Shown: piece by piece, positions 35,115-47,787 of the stretch | How the letters are laid out: every line of letters starts with the position of its first letter | Position numbering within the stretch: position 1 is the first letter of the stretch | DNA from: Monocercomonoides exilis PA203 | Lineage: Eukaryota; Protista; Preaxostyla | Length of the DNA stretch: 64,000 nucleotides | Reading direction: 5' to 3' | Assembly: GCA_001643675.2 (NCBI GenBank) | Contig: LSRY02000002.1 | Location: forward strand, 2,480,001-2,544,000 | Program-made: the position numbers and the translations under genes | The notes under the pieces: generated by a model | What the model was told of the DNA's origin: nothing | The model's input: the letters and a program-made list of their open reading frames with translations, nothing else | The model's database searches: none

Positions 35115-38100
35115 TCAGAGATCGTCCGATGAATCAAATAAACTTTCAATTCTCAAAAATTGATGTCTCTTTGGATTTGACTTTGGCTTTGGAGCTGGTC
35201 TATGCTTCACGTTGCTCGATAGCAAATTTTTTGTTGAGGGAAGAGGAGGACTAAGATTTTCAGAAAATTGAAGCGAAGTTCTTTTAGCCACTTTAGCTTC
35301 TGTTCGAGTTTGTCTTTCTTTTCTTTTGGATTCTGACTTTTTCAGAAGAGGTTGAACAGAAAACAGAATTGTACTGTCTTCTTCTTGAAGAGAATTGTCT
35401 TCTGCCCTTCTTTTTCGCATTTGAGAAGCAGAAGCACGTTTTGGCTGAGGTTGAATGCCTTTGGCCTTACTCTGCTTGGAAATACGGTCACCTCCAAACA
35501 AAGAATGTTCTGTGTTATCTTCGTCTTCTGTTTCGATGTCTTCAAATTCTTCAGTTGGATGCAAGTTTTGGAAAGGAGCAGCATACGAAGCAGATGAAGA
35601 TGATGCTGACAAAGGAGAGATTGATGGAGAAGGCGAAGGAGAAGAAGGAGAAGGAGATGAGTCTCTTTTGTGTGAATGTTGCTGTATCATTTTCTGTTGC
35701 TGCTGACGTTGCACTTGCAGCCGAGTGAAATGAGCTGTGTTATTTGTTGCCATTGCCACTGCTGCTGAAGGCTCTTCTGTTCTGTGAAGGCGGTCATCAT
35801 TTTCCTTTTGTGCCAAAAGAACAGAAAGAGAGCTGCTTATGTGGCAGGAATGGCGAGAAGGGAAGAATCTGGGCAGATGAGGAATATTCTGAAGCATTTC
35901 TGCCACAACACGCTTGGCCTCTGCACTTTCGTCTGTGAGAGACAGTTCAGACAGAGAATTCGAAAAATCAGCTGAAGATGCTTCAGATGCTTCAGATGAT
36001 GAAGAAGACAAGGAAGATGTTGGATTTGATGGATTTTCGGATTGCATTCTGTTTTTTGAATGATTTAAAGGAGAATGTGATTTGTGCTGAAATTGTCTTT
36101 CTGTTGGACCTTCCTCAGGCTGAGTGTCAAATTCATCTTTTTGAAGGAATGAACGATCGTCTTCATCAACAAGAAGTTGCTCTGCACACGCAAGATTCTA
36201 TTCATAAATGTGAGTTGTTGAATAAAAAAAGAAACATCCAGAATTCACACAACACAAACAATAAAACAATTCAACAAAGAGAATTCGAAAGAATTTATTG
36301 CCTTTCCTTTCAAAATAAACCAAACACAAACTTTAATCATAATTTTTCCAGTTTGTTGCGAAGGATACAACAAAAAATATCGAGTGTACGAAAACTGATT
36401 TTGCTCCACTTCTGAATGAGATGGAGGAAATGAAAGGAAAGGCGATGCTGTCACAGAAGAAGTGCAAACGAGACACTCATCCTTTTCAAATAGAAAGATG
36501 AAAAGCAATTAAAAGACATAATATTTAATTCAAGACAATTATGAAAAATGCAAACGTTCTCTTCCAGAAGTGTTGTGAGTGCAGAAAACAGCATGAAGTT
36601 GTTGAGAAATGCTGGCGAACCAATGAGTGGAGGAGAGGAAGAAGATGACAGAACCAAAGGCTAAAAAAAGCAAGATAGAATGATATGTTTATCATACGGC
36701 AAGACAGGAAAAAAGTCATCATAGTAAAAATTTGTAATAGAATCAATGCAATCATTCCATTCATAATATTTCAAGACAAGAATAAAAACTTTAAGAATTA
36801 CAAAGAAAATGACAAATACAAACATGCCCAAATAAATGAGAGTCTGAAATTCCTTCTGTGCTGACTGTGGCGTATGCCCGAAGACATTGCCAGATGCCAA
36901 GTGAATGAAGAGGAGCAGATGAGTCAGTTGAATTGCGTGATGGAGTGGATGTTGAAGTGGGTGATTGCCCTTCCACGACAGATGTACCAATCCTGTTGAG
37001 AAACATTCAATTCCACAAATGTATTTAATCATTTGTACAATCATAATTATGTTGTCAAAACATAAAGTTGAAAAATATGCAAATAACAAATAGAAGGCAA
37101 TGAAAGTTCAATATTAATCAGCTGTTTCACACCGAAGAGAAGGATATGTCTGAGAAGGTTGAATTGGATGAGGTCTGCTTGGACATAGAAAGGCATTAGA
37201 TGAGCTTCTAAACTGAGCTGTGTGAGATGGAGAACAAGCATCAGAAACAGAAGAAGAAGAAGAAGAATCAATAGAAGCAGGATTGAAGGAGTGGAGTGTG
37301 GGTGCAACGTCAGAAGCAATTTCCGGATGAGAATCAACAAGAAGTCTTTGATGATGAAAAGGGCACATCTGAAAGATATGTGGAGAAATCGATAAACAAA
37401 ACATCATCCAATTATCACTTAAAAAAAAAAATAATTGTTGTGTTGCATGCCTGATCAAGTGAAATAAAAGGCAAAGGCAGTATTTCCATTGCTGAATCGC
37501 AAAATAGAGGGAAAGAGCGACAAGATTCGTCATTTTGAGATGAAACAGACAGTTGCGAAGAAGAAAAGGATGAATTGAAAGAAGAAGAATTTGAAGCATT
37601 AGAAGCTGATTGAACAGATACAGAAGAATCATCTTGTTCTTTTTCAATCTTAAAAAGCAACATGACATTGCCAACAGGAGGCGAATCATTTTGAATGCCG
37701 AATAGTTTTGGAGTTGTGATTGGTGCAGCAGAAACAAATTTGAACTGGTTTTTGTGAGCAAACTGATTCTTCAAATCTTCAGTTTCATCGAAAGTTCCAC
37801 AATAATATACTTCTTTTGATGAAAATGGTAAAGAAATAGAAGCATCTGATGGAAGTTGTGCAAAACAATTCAACGCTCCAAATGCTTCCTCATTTATTTC
37901 TTCAATTTTTGTCTTTGTTTGATATTTATCACTTGATGGTAGAATACCAGCGCTGGGCGAAAATAAATAATGCTGCTGATGAGCACTAACCCCAATGCTT
38001 GTTGAAGTAATGCGCGAAACAAGCGAACGAAATGAAGAAATCATCAAATGAGGAAGAGCAGATGATGACGATGGCTTATAAATAATTGTCAGATTTGAGT

Positions 38101-38944
38101 ATTCAGCCAAAAGAGACGAAAAAGAAAGAGAAGACGATGTTGATGCTGTAGCACCATTCATAAAAGATTCATCAAATATCTTTGAGAATTGAGTATCGTT
38201 TTTTAATTCTTTTGATAAATGATCTCCACTGAGATCGTTCTTCAAAGAATCAGATAAATCATTATTTGAGTTTTTAAATGAATTTTCTGATGCTAGCGAA
38301 CGATGTCCAAGGCTGCTGGGAGGAGGTTCTCCAGAAGATGTTATTACAACCGTTATTCGAATTGATTGATCAGAACATTTTTGAAGAACTTCTCGAAAAG
38401 AATTATCGATCTTTGGAAGCTGAGAAGTTACCAAAAATATTTCTTTGATTGCACAAAGATTTGAATAATTTTGAAAACATGATAGCGATTCTGAAAAAAA
38501 CGAGGTGAGAGCTGGAAACAGATTAATCAATTGATCAGATTATAACGAATAAACCACTTTGATTGGTTCCAAAATATAACTGTGAAAGGAGGATATCTGC
38601 CTTCTTTTTAACGAAACGTCGAAAATCAAATGGTTGTATAACCTGTAGAATGCAAAAAAATACAAAGAATGAATGATAAAAATTTTTAAATTCTCATCAA
38701 GTAATTGCGAACCAAATTCTGCTTCAATGGAATCGTGCACAATCCAATTGATACATTTGCGAAAAGCGGATATATGACAAGAGTTTCAAGGAAATATTGA
38801 TACCCAATAAGAAATGAATCCACAAAGAGTCTGTGGGCTTCCCATGCCTGCTTATCAATCATCCTTAAATCAAGGCCTATTATTATTCCAACTTTTTGCA
38901 TCCAACAACAGAGATAAACCAAAATTATAATCGAATTGTGACAT
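35115..38944 (-). CDS. Multi-exon protein with M1AP (meiosis 1 arrest protein)-like C-terminal core; start uncertain
   Basis: Spliced segments LRAYATVSTEGISDSHLFGH|PLVLSSS..NNFMLFSALTTLLEE..YFLLYPSQQTGKIMIK|NLACAEQLL follow the order and pattern of M1AP motifs; N-terminal vWA-like strand/helix pattern. Confidence 0.55.
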
Positions 38945-39117
38945 TTTGTAAACAACCCTTATTTTTATAAATCATTTCCTCGACGTTTGCTTTCTCAATT
39001 ATTCATCTAAAGTGAGCAGCAGGAAATGCGTATTGAAAAAGACTTCATTTTAAAGGATAAAGGAACAACTTATTATCTTTGAAGAATTTATTATTGAAAC
39101 AAAAAATTGAAAACAAC

Positions 39118-39189
39118 GGGCTTGTCCGGGAATTGAACCCGGGACCTCTTGCACCCTAAGCAAGAATCATACCACTAGACCAACAAGCC
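39118..39189 (-). tRNA. tRNA-Pro(AGG)
   Basis: GGCTTGTTGGTCTAGTGGTATGATTCTTGCTTAGGGTGCAAGAGGTCCCGGGTTCAATTCCCGGACAAGCCC: acceptor stem, D-arm, anticodon loop TTAGGGT, GTTCAATTC T-loop; T-rich downstream. Confidence 0.97.
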
Positions 39190-39307
39190 GTTGAGGAAAG
39201 AAAAATTTTGAGCCATGTTTAAAATACATCATTTTGCGTAAACCATAAATAGAAAATAAAAATACATTCAATTATTTGAAAGTTTTTCGTTTTATAAATT
39301 TGTATCC

Positions 39308-42300
39308 ATGATTAAATCCAAAACGAAACAAAGCAATAAACCACCAACATTACCTCAAAATATCAAACGTAGTTCCACAAATGTTGAAAGAACGAAAACA
39401 CAACAACTTCCATTTTCAAATTTAAATGCAGATGAGAAACGTAAACTCGAAGGACTCGTACAAGAATTGTTCAAATATTCTCAAGAGAAGAAAGAATTAC
39501 AACAGAAAGTGGAGCAGCTTCTTGCTGAAAAAGAAAAAGATGAAATACTTCTTAATTCTCTTAAATCGCAGGAAAAAGAGAAAGACAGTTTGATAGAGAC
39601 AACAAAGACCGAAATGGAACATCTGTCATCAACTTTGCACTTAGATATCGATGAAATTCCCAATGATTTGACAATTTCTCAACCTAATGACAAAGCGACA
39701 TATTCTCCAGATAAACAGGAAAATATGTTAGAAATATCATTCCATCAAGCAGGAAATAAAAACGTAGAATCAACTAATTCTACAGCACATGAAACTAATT
39801 TATCTGAAATTTCGAAATTGAATTTTGATCCATTGAAAGATCTGATACAATCTTGTGTATCGATAAAGCAATCGTTGCATCAAATTGATGAAATTGAAAA
39901 AGAAATATCACCTTTACCCCCTCCAGTTTTGCTATTGTCCGAGGAATCAACCAGAAAACAAAACGAATCAACTGTTAACAAAGTCAATTACGAAAGAAAA
40001 GCACCATTAAAAAAAGAAAAAAATTCACCAATAAAATCTACAATTCACGACGAAGCACCAACTGAAAAATTTGAAAGCGATGGAACAGCAGACAGCGATT
40101 CCGACTTTTCTGAGGAGGAGGATGAAGTTGAAATTGAGCAAAATAATTTGAAACAAATTACTGGAAATGACAAAGAGGAACAAAACTCAGAAAATCAGAA
40201 AGAAGAAGATCATTTCAAAGATACGAAGCAAACGAAAAAAGACATATCTGAAAGCGAAGAAAGCGAACATTCCAGCGAACAGAGCTTTTCAGAGAGTTCA
40301 AGCATTGAGCCTGATGATTTTGATACAAATCAACAAGGGACAACAGGACAACCTCAGCTGAATTCAACAAATATTACAAAACCATCTTCTTCTCCTTATT
40401 CTTCTCTTGAGCAGCCTGCAAATTATGCAGAAGTTGCACTCACTGCCGAGCCATATGTCAGCATGAATCCATCATATCGCCCATCTGACACGGATGCATC
40501 AGTCCTCAATCAGCTGATGCTGCTGAAGACATCTCTTGGGAACAAACTCGAATCTGATCGCAACCAATCGCCATCATCTTCTTCAATCTCATCTTCACCA
40601 CCTCATTCTACAACAACTCCTAAGCCACTTCTTCCGCAATCACTTCCACAACCACTTCCACAACCACTTCCACCTCCTCCTCAGTCATTTTTTGCTTCCT
40701 CTTCACAAACAGATACACCTCAGCCTTCAAAAAATATGATTAGTTCTGCTTCAAAAGAAGAATCGACTTCCCATTTACCGGAATCACTGCCTCCTCCTCC
40801 GCCTTTTCAGATTACACCACAATTTTCGCTCACTTCATCGTCATTAAATCTTTCTGTTCCACCTCAGTCTAATTATGTTGTGTCCAACCCAATTCCGCTG
40901 AGCTCACGTGGTTATCCTGCCGAAGCCTTCCCAGAACCAGAGCCTTTGACACACACACAACTGATCAATACAACCAACAGCGTCCAATTGAGCCCTTCGA
41001 AAATGCTTCCACAGGGCTATTCTTTGCAGACTCCTTCGATTGTCTCTCTTCCATATGCTCATTCGCCTCAGAGGCATCTTTCAGGCTCGCCTTATTCAAT
41101 GTCTTCAACACAGTTTTATCCATCTCCTACGCAGGATGTTATTGTCTCTACGCCAGCTACTTTCTATTCAATGAATCCATCATTTATGCCAGACGAGGCT
41201 TCTTTGAGTCATCGAAGTTTAAGCAGACACAAAAGCACGTCTCAAATGCACAAAAGAAAAGAAGGCAGCAAAACAAACAGACACATGAAAGCATCACATG
41301 TTCATCACAGCAAAAGAAAGAAGAGCAAAGAAAGACATCACAAAACTAAAAATGAATCAGATAAAGACAACTCTTCATCAGAATCATCTTCTGAATTATC
41401 TGATGAAAAATCATCTGATTCAACTGCATCTTCAGAAACTTCAACATCATCAACTTCATCTTCATCATCTGCATCCACTTCAACAGCATCATCATCATCA
41501 TCATCATCATCATCTTCTTCTTCTTCTTCAACATCTTCTTCAAATTCACCATCTTTTAAAGAACATTCGTCTTCAACCACTTCAAATTCCAGTAGCATTT
41601 CCTCATCTTTCTCTTCAGATGAAAAGTCAGATAAGCATTCACACAGGCACAAGAAATCTTCAAAGAATGAAAAAGCAAAAGAAGACGAAAGGAAGACGAA
41701 ACCAAAAGATAAAGTTAAAGAAAAAGAACAGCACAGAAAAGAAGACAAAAAGGTGAAAGAAAAATCAAAGCATAAAAAAAGAACTAAAGACAGAAAAGAA
41801 AAAGAACACGCAGATTCTTCAGAAGAAAGCAAGAAAAAAGAAAAAAGCATCCAAAGATCAGAAGAGAAAAACGACAAAATATCAAATCAACATAACGAAA
41901 AATTGGATTCCTCACAAAAGGGAAAAACGATTGAAAGGAAAGACTTAGAGCAAAGCAAGCCTAAAGAAGATGTTTCAGAGCAACTGCATCAAGAAAAAGA
42001 GACTGAACATTTGACAGAACATGTCAAAGAGAGTGCCGAAGCGAATACTCAAACAGAAGAGATACAAAATGATACAAACAAAAAAAGTAATCTTGAAGAT
42101 TCAAATGCTGCTGCAAGTGGAGAAACGAAAAAAAGAAAAGTTGAATTTATTTTGGATGCAGATGATTCGAATAAAAGTGCAGATAAGAAAGCAATGAAAG
42201 ATGCTGAAGGAAAGACAACAGCTCTGCCAGTTGCTTCGAGTGAAAAAGAGACGCAAACAGAAATGATTCAAAGGAAACGCTCAAACAAACTTCTGACCCC

Positions 42301-43804
42301 ACCAAAGTTCAAAGTGAATTCGACAGCACAAATAGAAGAACGTCCAACAATTAAGATAACTCCAAGAAGGAAGCAAACAAGCAAAACTGAAAATGAAAAG
42401 CCCGAAGAATTGGAAAACAAACAAAAAACACATAAAAAGGTTGAATGCAAAAGAAAGCGTGAAACACTCATTAATGATGATGATGAAGAAATAGATTCAG
42501 CTGAAAGTGATGAGTTGTCTGAACAACATGAAGATGAAGAAAGCGACGAATCAAACGATCAACTTGACAATTTCTTAGGTGAGCAGTCAAATGCAGATGA
42601 AAAGGAAACTAAACTGAAGCTTTGGTCGTGGAGAGAAGAATTGCATTCACCGCCTCATCAGCAAAGACCAACAAAGAAATCAACACGAAATGATTCTATG
42701 AATAGCAATCATTTGAAGAGAAACATGAAACAGAAAAAAGAAGAAAAGCAAAAAGAGGAAAAATCAACTTCAGAAGCTAAGACTTTGGAGAGAAGGTGTA
42801 ACGAACAAACCCCCAAAAGACAGTTGAAAAAAGGAAAATTAAGTCGCTCAACAAAAGAAAAGAATGAAACACAAAAATTCAACCAAAAATCTCGTTCTTT
42901 CTCTCAAAAAACAAAAGACTTATCAAATGATGAAGAAGCCATGATAACACCATCTGCTTCTTCACGTTCCTCAACCTTAACAAAAAAGCAATCTTCACAA
43001 AATTCCTCAAGCAATTCTGATCATTTCACACCGTCTCGTCCAAAAAGATCAGCAAGTGCAGCATCAGCACCGCCTTCTTCGTATGAGCTGACTTTGGAGA
43101 TGTCGCGAATGCTGAATGGAATGCCAATCTCAGCAACTCGTCGGATGCTTCGAAGGAAAGAAAGAGAAGACGAGGCAGAAGAAAGAGAAAGAGAAAGAGA
43201 AAGAGAAAGAGAGATTAAAAAAGAAAGAACGAAAGAGAATGAAAAAGAGAGAAATGAAGTAAGAAGAAATCATTTTGGAAGAAATTTAAAAGAAGAGAAT
43301 GAAAAATACGAAGAAGACAACAGTTTCGATGTGAGGCCAGCATTTGACAATGAATCAGAGGAATCTTTTGATGACAATACAGAAGATGAGCTTGAAGATG
43401 AACAAGAATTGACAGAAGATGAATTTGAAGACAGCAATTTCGATTTGAGTGGGAATGACATTTCTGAGCAGACAATTGCCGAAGAGGAAGAAGACGAAGA
43501 AACATTTGACAGCCACTTTTCACCGCCATTGATTGTATCTCCTTCTCATCACTATCATCCATCACATAACTCAGATTATGGCACTCTCCAACAGCAACCA
43601 CATTCTCATCAGAGCACCTTGCCATATTCTAATGTTCAAGCTCCAACATCAACACCTCCTTCCTCAGTTGTTGCATTAAATAGATCTCATTTAGCAGATA
43701 ACTCTTATAGTTCTCCAATACACCCCCGAAGTATATTGACAGAAGAAGAAAAATCAATAATACTTTCTTCACCATCGCCTGCAATGAAGAAAAAAAGACC
43801 TTGA
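39308..43804 (+). CDS. Large intronless low-complexity hypothetical protein (1498 aa), N-terminal coiled coil
   Basis: Uninterrupted 4.5-kb ORF; Ser-, Pro-, Lys/Glu-rich blocks. Confidence 0.8.
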   Translation: MIKSKTKQSNKPPTLPQNIKRSSTNVERTKTQQLPFSNLNADEKRKLEGLVQELFKYSQEKKELQQKVEQLLAEKEKDEILLNSLKSQEKEKDSLIETTKTEMEHLSSTLHLDIDEIPNDLTISQPNDKATYSPDKQENMLEISFHQAGNKNVESTNSTAHETNLSEISKLNFDPLKDLIQSCVSIKQSLHQIDEIEKEISPLPPPVLLLSEESTRKQNESTVNKVNYERKAPLKKEKNSPIKSTIHDEAPTEKFESDGTADSDSDFSEEEDEVEIEQNNLKQITGNDKEEQNSENQKEEDHFKDTKQTKKDISESEESEHSSEQSFSESSSIEPDDFDTNQQGTTGQPQLNSTNITKPSSSPYSSLEQPANYAEVALTAEPYVSMNPSYRPSDTDASVLNQLMLLKTSLGNKLESDRNQSPSSSSISSSPPHSTTTPKPLLPQSLPQPLPQPLPPPPQSFFASSSQTDTPQPSKNMISSASKEESTSHLPESLPPPPPFQITPQFSLTSSSLNLSVPPQSNYVVSNPIPLSSRGYPAEAFPEPEPLTHTQLINTTNSVQLSPSKMLPQGYSLQTPSIVSLPYAHSPQRHLSGSPYSMSSTQFYPSPTQDVIVSTPATFYSMNPSFMPDEASLSHRSLSRHKSTSQMHKRKEGSKTNRHMKASHVHHSKRKKSKERHHKTKNESDKDNSSSESSSELSDEKSSDSTASSETSTSSTSSSSSASTSTASSSSSSSSSSSSSSTSSSNSPSFKEHSSSTTSNSSSISSSFSSDEKSDKHSHRHKKSSKNEKAKEDERKTKPKDKVKEKEQHRKEDKKVKEKSKHKKRTKDRKEKEHADSSEESKKKEKSIQRSEEKNDKISNQHNEKLDSSQKGKTIERKDLEQSKPKEDVSEQLHQEKETEHLTEHVKESAEANTQTEEIQNDTNKKSNLEDSNAAASGETKKRKVEFILDADDSNKSADKKAMKDAEGKTTALPVASSEKETQTEMIQRKRSNKLLTPPKFKVNSTAQIEERPTIKITPRRKQTSKTENEKPEELENKQKTHKKVECKRKRETLINDDDEEIDSAESDELSEQHEDEESDESNDQLDNFLGEQSNADEKETKLKLWSWREELHSPPHQQRPTKKSTRNDSMNSNHLKRNMKQKKEEKQKEEKSTSEAKTLERRCNEQTPKRQLKKGKLSRSTKEKNETQKFNQKSRSFSQKTKDLSNDEEAMITPSASSRSSTLTKKQSSQNSSSNSDHFTPSRPKRSASAASAPPSSYELTLEMSRMLNGMPISATRRMLRRKEREDEAEEREREREREREIKKERTKENEKERNEVRRNHFGRNLKEENEKYEEDNSFDVRPAFDNESEESFDDNTEDELEDEQELTEDEFEDSNFDLSGNDISEQTIAEEEEDEETFDSHFSPPLIVSPSHHYHPSHNSDYGTLQQQPHSHQSTLPYSNVQAPTSTPPSSVVALNRSHLADNSYSSPIHPRSILTEEEKSIILSSPSPAMKKKRP

Positions 43805-44045
43805 AAACCGAGAGAATATTTTCTTCAAAGTAAAATTTTTTATCCATTTTTATTTTCAAAGATTTGTTTCTATTAATCTGATATTTGTCTTGTTACATGC
43901 AAATTTTTAATTTCATAAACATTAGGCAGATTACGATGCGATCTACAGTGCAAAACAGATGATCCACTTAAACCCAGTTTTTTGAAACCATAATTTCTCC
44001 TTTTAAATCAACAAAAGGTTTCCCTTGTCCATTTTTTGATTTTAA

Positions 44046-46680
44046 ATGGGGAAATATCGCATTATCAAAAAAATTGGAGAGGGAACATTTTCTAGTTTGT
44101 AGTTAACAATAATTATATGTTATTATGAATCTTCCTAAATTCATGAACGTTTTTCATTTGATATTCGATTAAATACGTATAAAAAATATTTGATGAATGT
44201 TAAAATACCAATGACTAGTTGTGTTTTTGGCCACATGCACTCAAACAGGCAGGCAAGTGGCAATCAAACGGATGAAGACCATTTTTCGAAGTATTGACCA
44301 AGTCAATGCTTTGCCTGAGATTCAGGCTTTAAAGCGTCTTAATGATCATCCTAATATCATCAAATTAATAGAGGTTTTATACGACCGACAAACCGGTCGT
44401 TTGGCTCTCGTATTTGAACTTATGACATGTAATCTTTACGAGTTTGTAAGAATTAATTAAAACAGATTTATTCAAACTTACGATATATTTTAAAAATAAA
44501 GAATGATAAAAGGAAGAAAACAATACCTTCCAGAAGCGAAAGTTAAGTCATATATTTATCAAGTGCTAAGGGCACTTGATTTTATGCATCGAAATGGTAT
44601 TTTTCATAGAGATATAAAACCAGAGAATGTTCTTGTTGTAGATGAACTCGCAAAAATTGCAGATCTCGGAAGTTGTCGAGGAATTTATACAAAGCAGCCA
44701 TATTCTGAGTACATTGCAACAAGATGGTGTTCATTTTCATTATTGTCAAATAAATTTTTCTTATTCAAAATATTGATGTGCTTCACACAAATATTTGCCA
44801 GGTACCGTTCTCCTGAGTGTTTGATAACAGATGGATATTACAGTTATAAGATGGACATTTGGGCTGTTGGCTGCATATTTTTTGAGGTTAAATAATATTG
44901 TGATTTTTTTAATGTTCATGCTATTTCTCCCTGAAACTGACGTACCGATTTCACTTGTCATATCAGGTTCTTATGCTTTATCCACTCTTTCCTGGCAAAG
45001 ACGAGCTCGACCAAATTCATAGAATTCATTCACTGTTAGGAACGCCATCAAAGCAGCTGCTGTCCAAGTTCAGGCCTTCAAAGCACATCAGTTTTGATTT
45101 TCCTCAGATGAAAGGAAGAGGCCTGCGATCACTCATGAAGAACTGCCCTGCTGATTTGATGGACTTGCTGAACGGGATGCTGACTTACGACCCCGACGAA
45201 AGGTGCGGCTTTTTTATTGATTTTACAATTTTTATCTCAAATAATATTGAATTTTCCCTGTCCATTTAGATTTTCTGCACGTGATTGCCTTCGACATCCG
45301 TATTTTCGTGATCTTCGAAATGCAGACAAGCGACAAAGAATGGACACTCCAGCATCTCGCTCATCTGCCTTTGCTGCTCTTTTGCCAGGGACATCCGCAT
45401 CGATTGTTTGCAAAGCAATTTTTTCAGCGATATCTTTTTTATACTTTTTCTTTCCAATCTTTATTCAAAACCATGTTCATTTTCTGTCTTCACTCAATAC
45501 TTTGTTCGCTTAGTCATCAGCATCACTTTCTATTCCTCCGTCTGTTGTGTCCACTCCTCCGCAAGGAATGGACGATATGGCAAATGCATCACAACACGAG
45601 CGAGTGAAAGCGCGAGGCAAAGAAAGAGAGCGCAGAATAGATTTGAAGGAGCTCCTTGAAAAGGACAGAGACGGAGGCAAAGCGAATGAAGACAAGAAAG
45701 AAGTTGAAATGAGTGAGAAGGCGAACAATGGGAAAGAATTGAGGAAGAGAAAGGCGAAACATGTTGATGAAGAGGCAGATGTCCATTTGTTGAATGAAGT
45801 CAGCATTGATTCGACAGTTGGAAACGAGTCAGTAACACTCAAAGACGAAAGTGAGAATGAAAAAGAAATGGAAATGAAACTGGAGCGTGAAAGGCAGAAA
45901 GAGAGAGAGAAGGAGAAAGAGAAAGAAAAGATGAAGGAGAGGCAAAGAGAAAGGCAGAAAATCAAAGAGAAAGAGATGACAATGCGCAAACAAGGGCAGA
46001 ATCAGCTTCCATCTCTGATGATCTCCAACCAGACGCTGCACCAAGCGAAGAGCCAGCAGCACTCAATCAGCCCTCTCGACTCTCCTTCGAATGGGTCTCT
46101 GCTTGTTCTCCCTTCTGTCACATCACACACAAACACACACGCCCTTTCTCCATCTCCGTCTGTGCTGCTTGCCTCCAACTCCCTCACGTCGACTGTTCTG
46201 TCACCGCTGCCTTCGAAGCTGTCTTCGCCTTCTTCCATCTCCACGCTCCCGTCTTCTGCCTCCCCCGATCCATCTGAAATGGTCAACTCGCTCATCTCCT
46301 CCAAAACAGTCCTGCCGGTCCTCCTTTCCCATCCACTTCGCACTTCATCCCTTTTTGCCTCTCCTTCACCAAAGCCCGCTCAGCACCTCCCATCCTTAAA
46401 GCAGCTGGCCTCTCCGTATGCTCTCCCACAGCCTCCCTCGCTTTCTCTCCCGCCTGCTCAGCCAACATCTGTCTCCCCTGCTTCTTTGCTGCAGACATCA
46501 ACCATGCTTTCCTCGCCTTCACACGCCAAAGCGCCATCTCGTGTGGGATATGCGCAATGCCTTCCTTCGCTGACTTTGCAGCACTCAACTAATTCGAGCT
46601 ATTTGTCCTCTTCGCCCTCTCCTTCGCTTGCCAGTCAGCTGCAAGCACATCAAATCCAACTTCCTTCTGTTTGTATGTAA
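44046..46680 (+). CDS. MOK: MOK/RAGE (LF4-like) RCK-family CMGC kinase with long low-complexity tail, multi-exon; 3' end may splice further
   Basis: [78 protein letters not shown]|[36 protein letters not shown]. Confidence 0.92.
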
Positions 46681-47787
46681 TTCTGCTTTGTCCATTTTTG
46701 ACAAGCATTTATCATTTTATTTTTTGCCCTCATCCGAGAATTGATAGCTTTCTGTTATTTTTTTCTTTTATGTTGCTTCATTTGTGTCGGAGAGCGAATT
46801 CTTTCCTTCTGCATTCTTTATGTTTATTTCATCATTAGTTTTTTATGCATTTCAATTTCATTCTATGTAATTATTATTATTAACCATGCTCGAAAAACTG
46901 TTTAATTTTTGTGTTGAAGTGTCTTTTTTATTGAAAAATTCTTGTGTGTAATATCTAACTTTCACACTTCAAGTCCTCAAATTGAGGGCCATCACTGTTG
47001 TTTAGTTTCTACTCGTTTTCTGATTTTTGAAAGTTTTAGAGATTGAATTTATTTGCCTTTTTTTAATAATTTTTATTGGATTTCATCGAGATCTCCTATT
47101 CATTGCCTTGCTCACACTAAATGTTTGTTTTATTTCATAATGATTGTTGTTGAATTCATTTTTTCAATTGCAATGAAGCTATTTAAAATTCGTTTTGAAA
47201 AATGCCAATAATAAGCTTTTTGATTTTATTCATTATTTTTCTGCCATGTAACAATTATAATGTTTTCACAAAAGCGTTATTATTTGTTACATAAAGAAAC
47301 TATAAGCAATCAAAGATAATGGTAATCAATGCAATGTGAAACTTTCAACAAACACATATTGATCTTTAAAAAAGCACATTAATACCATTAAATAATCATT
47401 AGAAATGATAAAATTTCATTTTTAACCAACTAAATGAAGAGCTGTTAGAAAGATAATCAATTTATACAGAAGGTTAAAACATAAGCATCACACATTTCTT
47501 AAAAAAAAAAAAAATAGAAAAAAAAAATGGAAAAAAAAATTCAAAAAGTAATTTACAAAAAACTATTAAAAATTGTTAAACAAAATAAATATGAATATGA
47601 ACTAAATACACAATGATTTGAAATACATATAGATAAATTGAAAACGATTTTCCAAAACTTCAATTGTTTTAACTTTAGTCTATTTTCAAATAAACAAAAC
47701 AAAATCTTATCTAACAAACACAAAATTCTGTAATAGGTGTGTGTATTAACTTCATTTTTTTTCGTTTTCAATATTCATATTCACACT

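Noticed and set aside
38531-38545. Apparent in-frame TAA between ORFs 38540-38740 and 37415-38530 (possible TAR=Gln code or readthrough)
   Set aside because: A 43-46-nt GT...TTTCCAG intron covers the TAA, and the upstream exon reads better in another frame (VIQPFDFRRFVKKKADILLSQLYFG) that splices in phase.
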